Source: Ginglymostoma cirratum (taxonomy: Eukaryota). Taken from it: a stretch of 64,000 nucleotides of DNA. This document shows positions 62,433 to 64,000 of this stretch, in pieces. The stretch lies in contig JAHRHZ010000035.1 of the NCBI GenBank assembly GCA_024137785.1, positions 15,092,856-15,156,855 on the forward strand. The letters run 5' to 3'. The notes beneath the pieces are model-generated. The model was not told where the DNA came from. It worked only from the letters and a program-made list of their open reading frames with translations, and searched no databases. How positions within the stretch are numbered: position 1 is the stretch's first letter; each line of letters begins with the position of its first letter. A program made the position numbers and the translations under genes.

Positions 62433-63609
62433 AACAGCTCATATGTTTACAGACCTGTGAATGAAAGCACAGGCAATATGTTTCATCCTACCTCCCCTTC
62501 TTCCCTCAAAGTCGCCAGCTGCTGTTCTCAGACATAACTCTCACTCCAGTTTCTGACCCCAACAATGCTACTGAAATGAATAATCCATCATGTGAATGAT
62601 CCTGGCATCTTAAATACACATCATTACAGTCTATGGCATAACACTGCAGGACGTCAATATGCCATAATACTGAGCCATTATTTCAAAACATAGTTTGACA
62701 TACACTGGCAGGCTTTATTTGCCCACTGTTAAAATGAGTTCCTTATATTTCAAGAGATAGTATATGTACTCTTCAAAGCTCTTTCAGTGTTGGACAATTT
62801 TGATGAAAATAAGGTTTTACCATCTGGTAATTCACACAATGTGGGATAACCAAGTTATTGGCACCAGCTCTGCCTCCACAAGATCTGGTAAATCCATTGG
62901 CAGGACAGGCGAACCAACTTTGATGTTCATGCTCCGGTCAACATCCTGACATTTGAAGCACTGATACCATTTGTTCAGCTCCACAGGGTGGGTCACATTG
63001 TCTGCACGCTTGACATGGGACTCCCTAAACAACAGCTCTCCTCAGAATTTCAACATAGCAACTGAGCTCCAGGAAGGCAGAGAAACTTTTCAAGGGGACC
63101 CTCAAAAACTTCCCTTGAAAAGCGCCACATTCATCGACACCAGTGAAATACCGGCCCAATAACTCCCAAAGTGGAAGGAAAGCATCTTGGAAACATCCAT
63201 AGGCCTCAAGTCTTATCTCTCTCCCCCTTCCCCACCCGGTGACTGTAGGTAATGCACTGGACTCTTCACTCACCTGAGAATTCATTACTAGTACGGAAAC
63301 AAGTCATCCTTGAGCACAAGGAACTACCTAAGAAGAAGCCAAAGAATTCTTACAATTAATTTTAGATAACTATGAGCATTATCTTGGTGCAATGCCCAGC
63401 CAACACAAGAGTTAGTCAACAAGTTGCAAATTTTGTAAAGATTAAATGACATACATTAAATGCTCACTTCATTCCAGTTCAGTTGTACTTCAAAACAATG
63501 ACCGTATTCTTCCCTGAGCTCTTTAAGTCTTCACACCAAGAATATACTGCACTGTATGCATGCAATATGTTACAATGCCATAAAGCCAAAAGTACTTATC
63601 CCAAAGCAA

Positions 63610-64000
63610 ATACCAGTGGTACACCAGTCACTGAAAGTAATCATGCAGGTGCAGCAGGCAGTGAAGAAGGCAAATGGTGCATTGGCCTTCATGGTGACAG
63701 GATTCAAAGTACAGGAGCAGGATGTCTTGCTGCAGCTATACAGGGCCTTGGTCAGACAATACCTGGAGTATTGTGTGCTGTTTTGTTTTCCTTATCTGAG
63801 GAAGCATGTTCTGTCTATGAACAGAGTGCAACAAAGGTTTACCAGACTGCTTCCTGGGATGGGAGGACTGATGCCTGAATCCATATAAGATCAGTTGGGA
63901 CTATATTCATTGGTGTTTAGAAGAATGAGGGAGGATCTCATGGAAACCTATAAGATTATAACAGGACTAGACAGAGTAAAAACAGGAAGGATGCTCCTGA
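63610..64000 (+). mobile_element. CR1 LINE ORF2 C-terminal fragment (runs off the window)
   Basis: ORF 63556..63888 QVQQAVKKANGALAF...VLLQLYRALVRQYLEYCVLF...RVQQRFTRLLPGM. Confidence 0.9.

Noticed and set aside
1-64000. Prokaryotic systems (operons, CRISPR arrays, defence islands)
   Set aside because: The sequence has spliced exons, vertebrate SINEs/LINEs and no long ORFs. No regularly spaced repeat-spacer array is present.

Overview
This is vertebrate genomic DNA, not prokaryotic. The repeat content (HE1/V-SINE, Deu-domain SINE remnants, CR1 and L2 LINEs) points to an elasmobranch, most likely a shark. The window lies inside a voltage-gated Ca2+ channel alpha-1 gene on the minus strand. The best match is CACNA1B (Cav2.2, N-type), with three internal coding exons of 92, 153 and 176 bp covering domain I S3-S4 through the pore loop, all with canonical phase-compatible GT-AG sites. 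The rest appears to be intron, densely filled with transposon remnants, plus one 400-N gap. The most notable signal is about 12 short Penelope-like, mostly palindromic insertions from at least three subfamilies. They carry minimal type I hammerhead ribozyme cores (CUGANGA-A-stem II-GAAAC-GUH), and several have 11-17 bp target-site duplications and a shared ~35-40 nt 3' tail. Hammerheads in Penelope-like elements are known in general. Whether these short non-autonomous families have been described could not be checked. All family names and protein comparisons are recalled from memory, not from database searches, and boundaries of old repeats are approximate.
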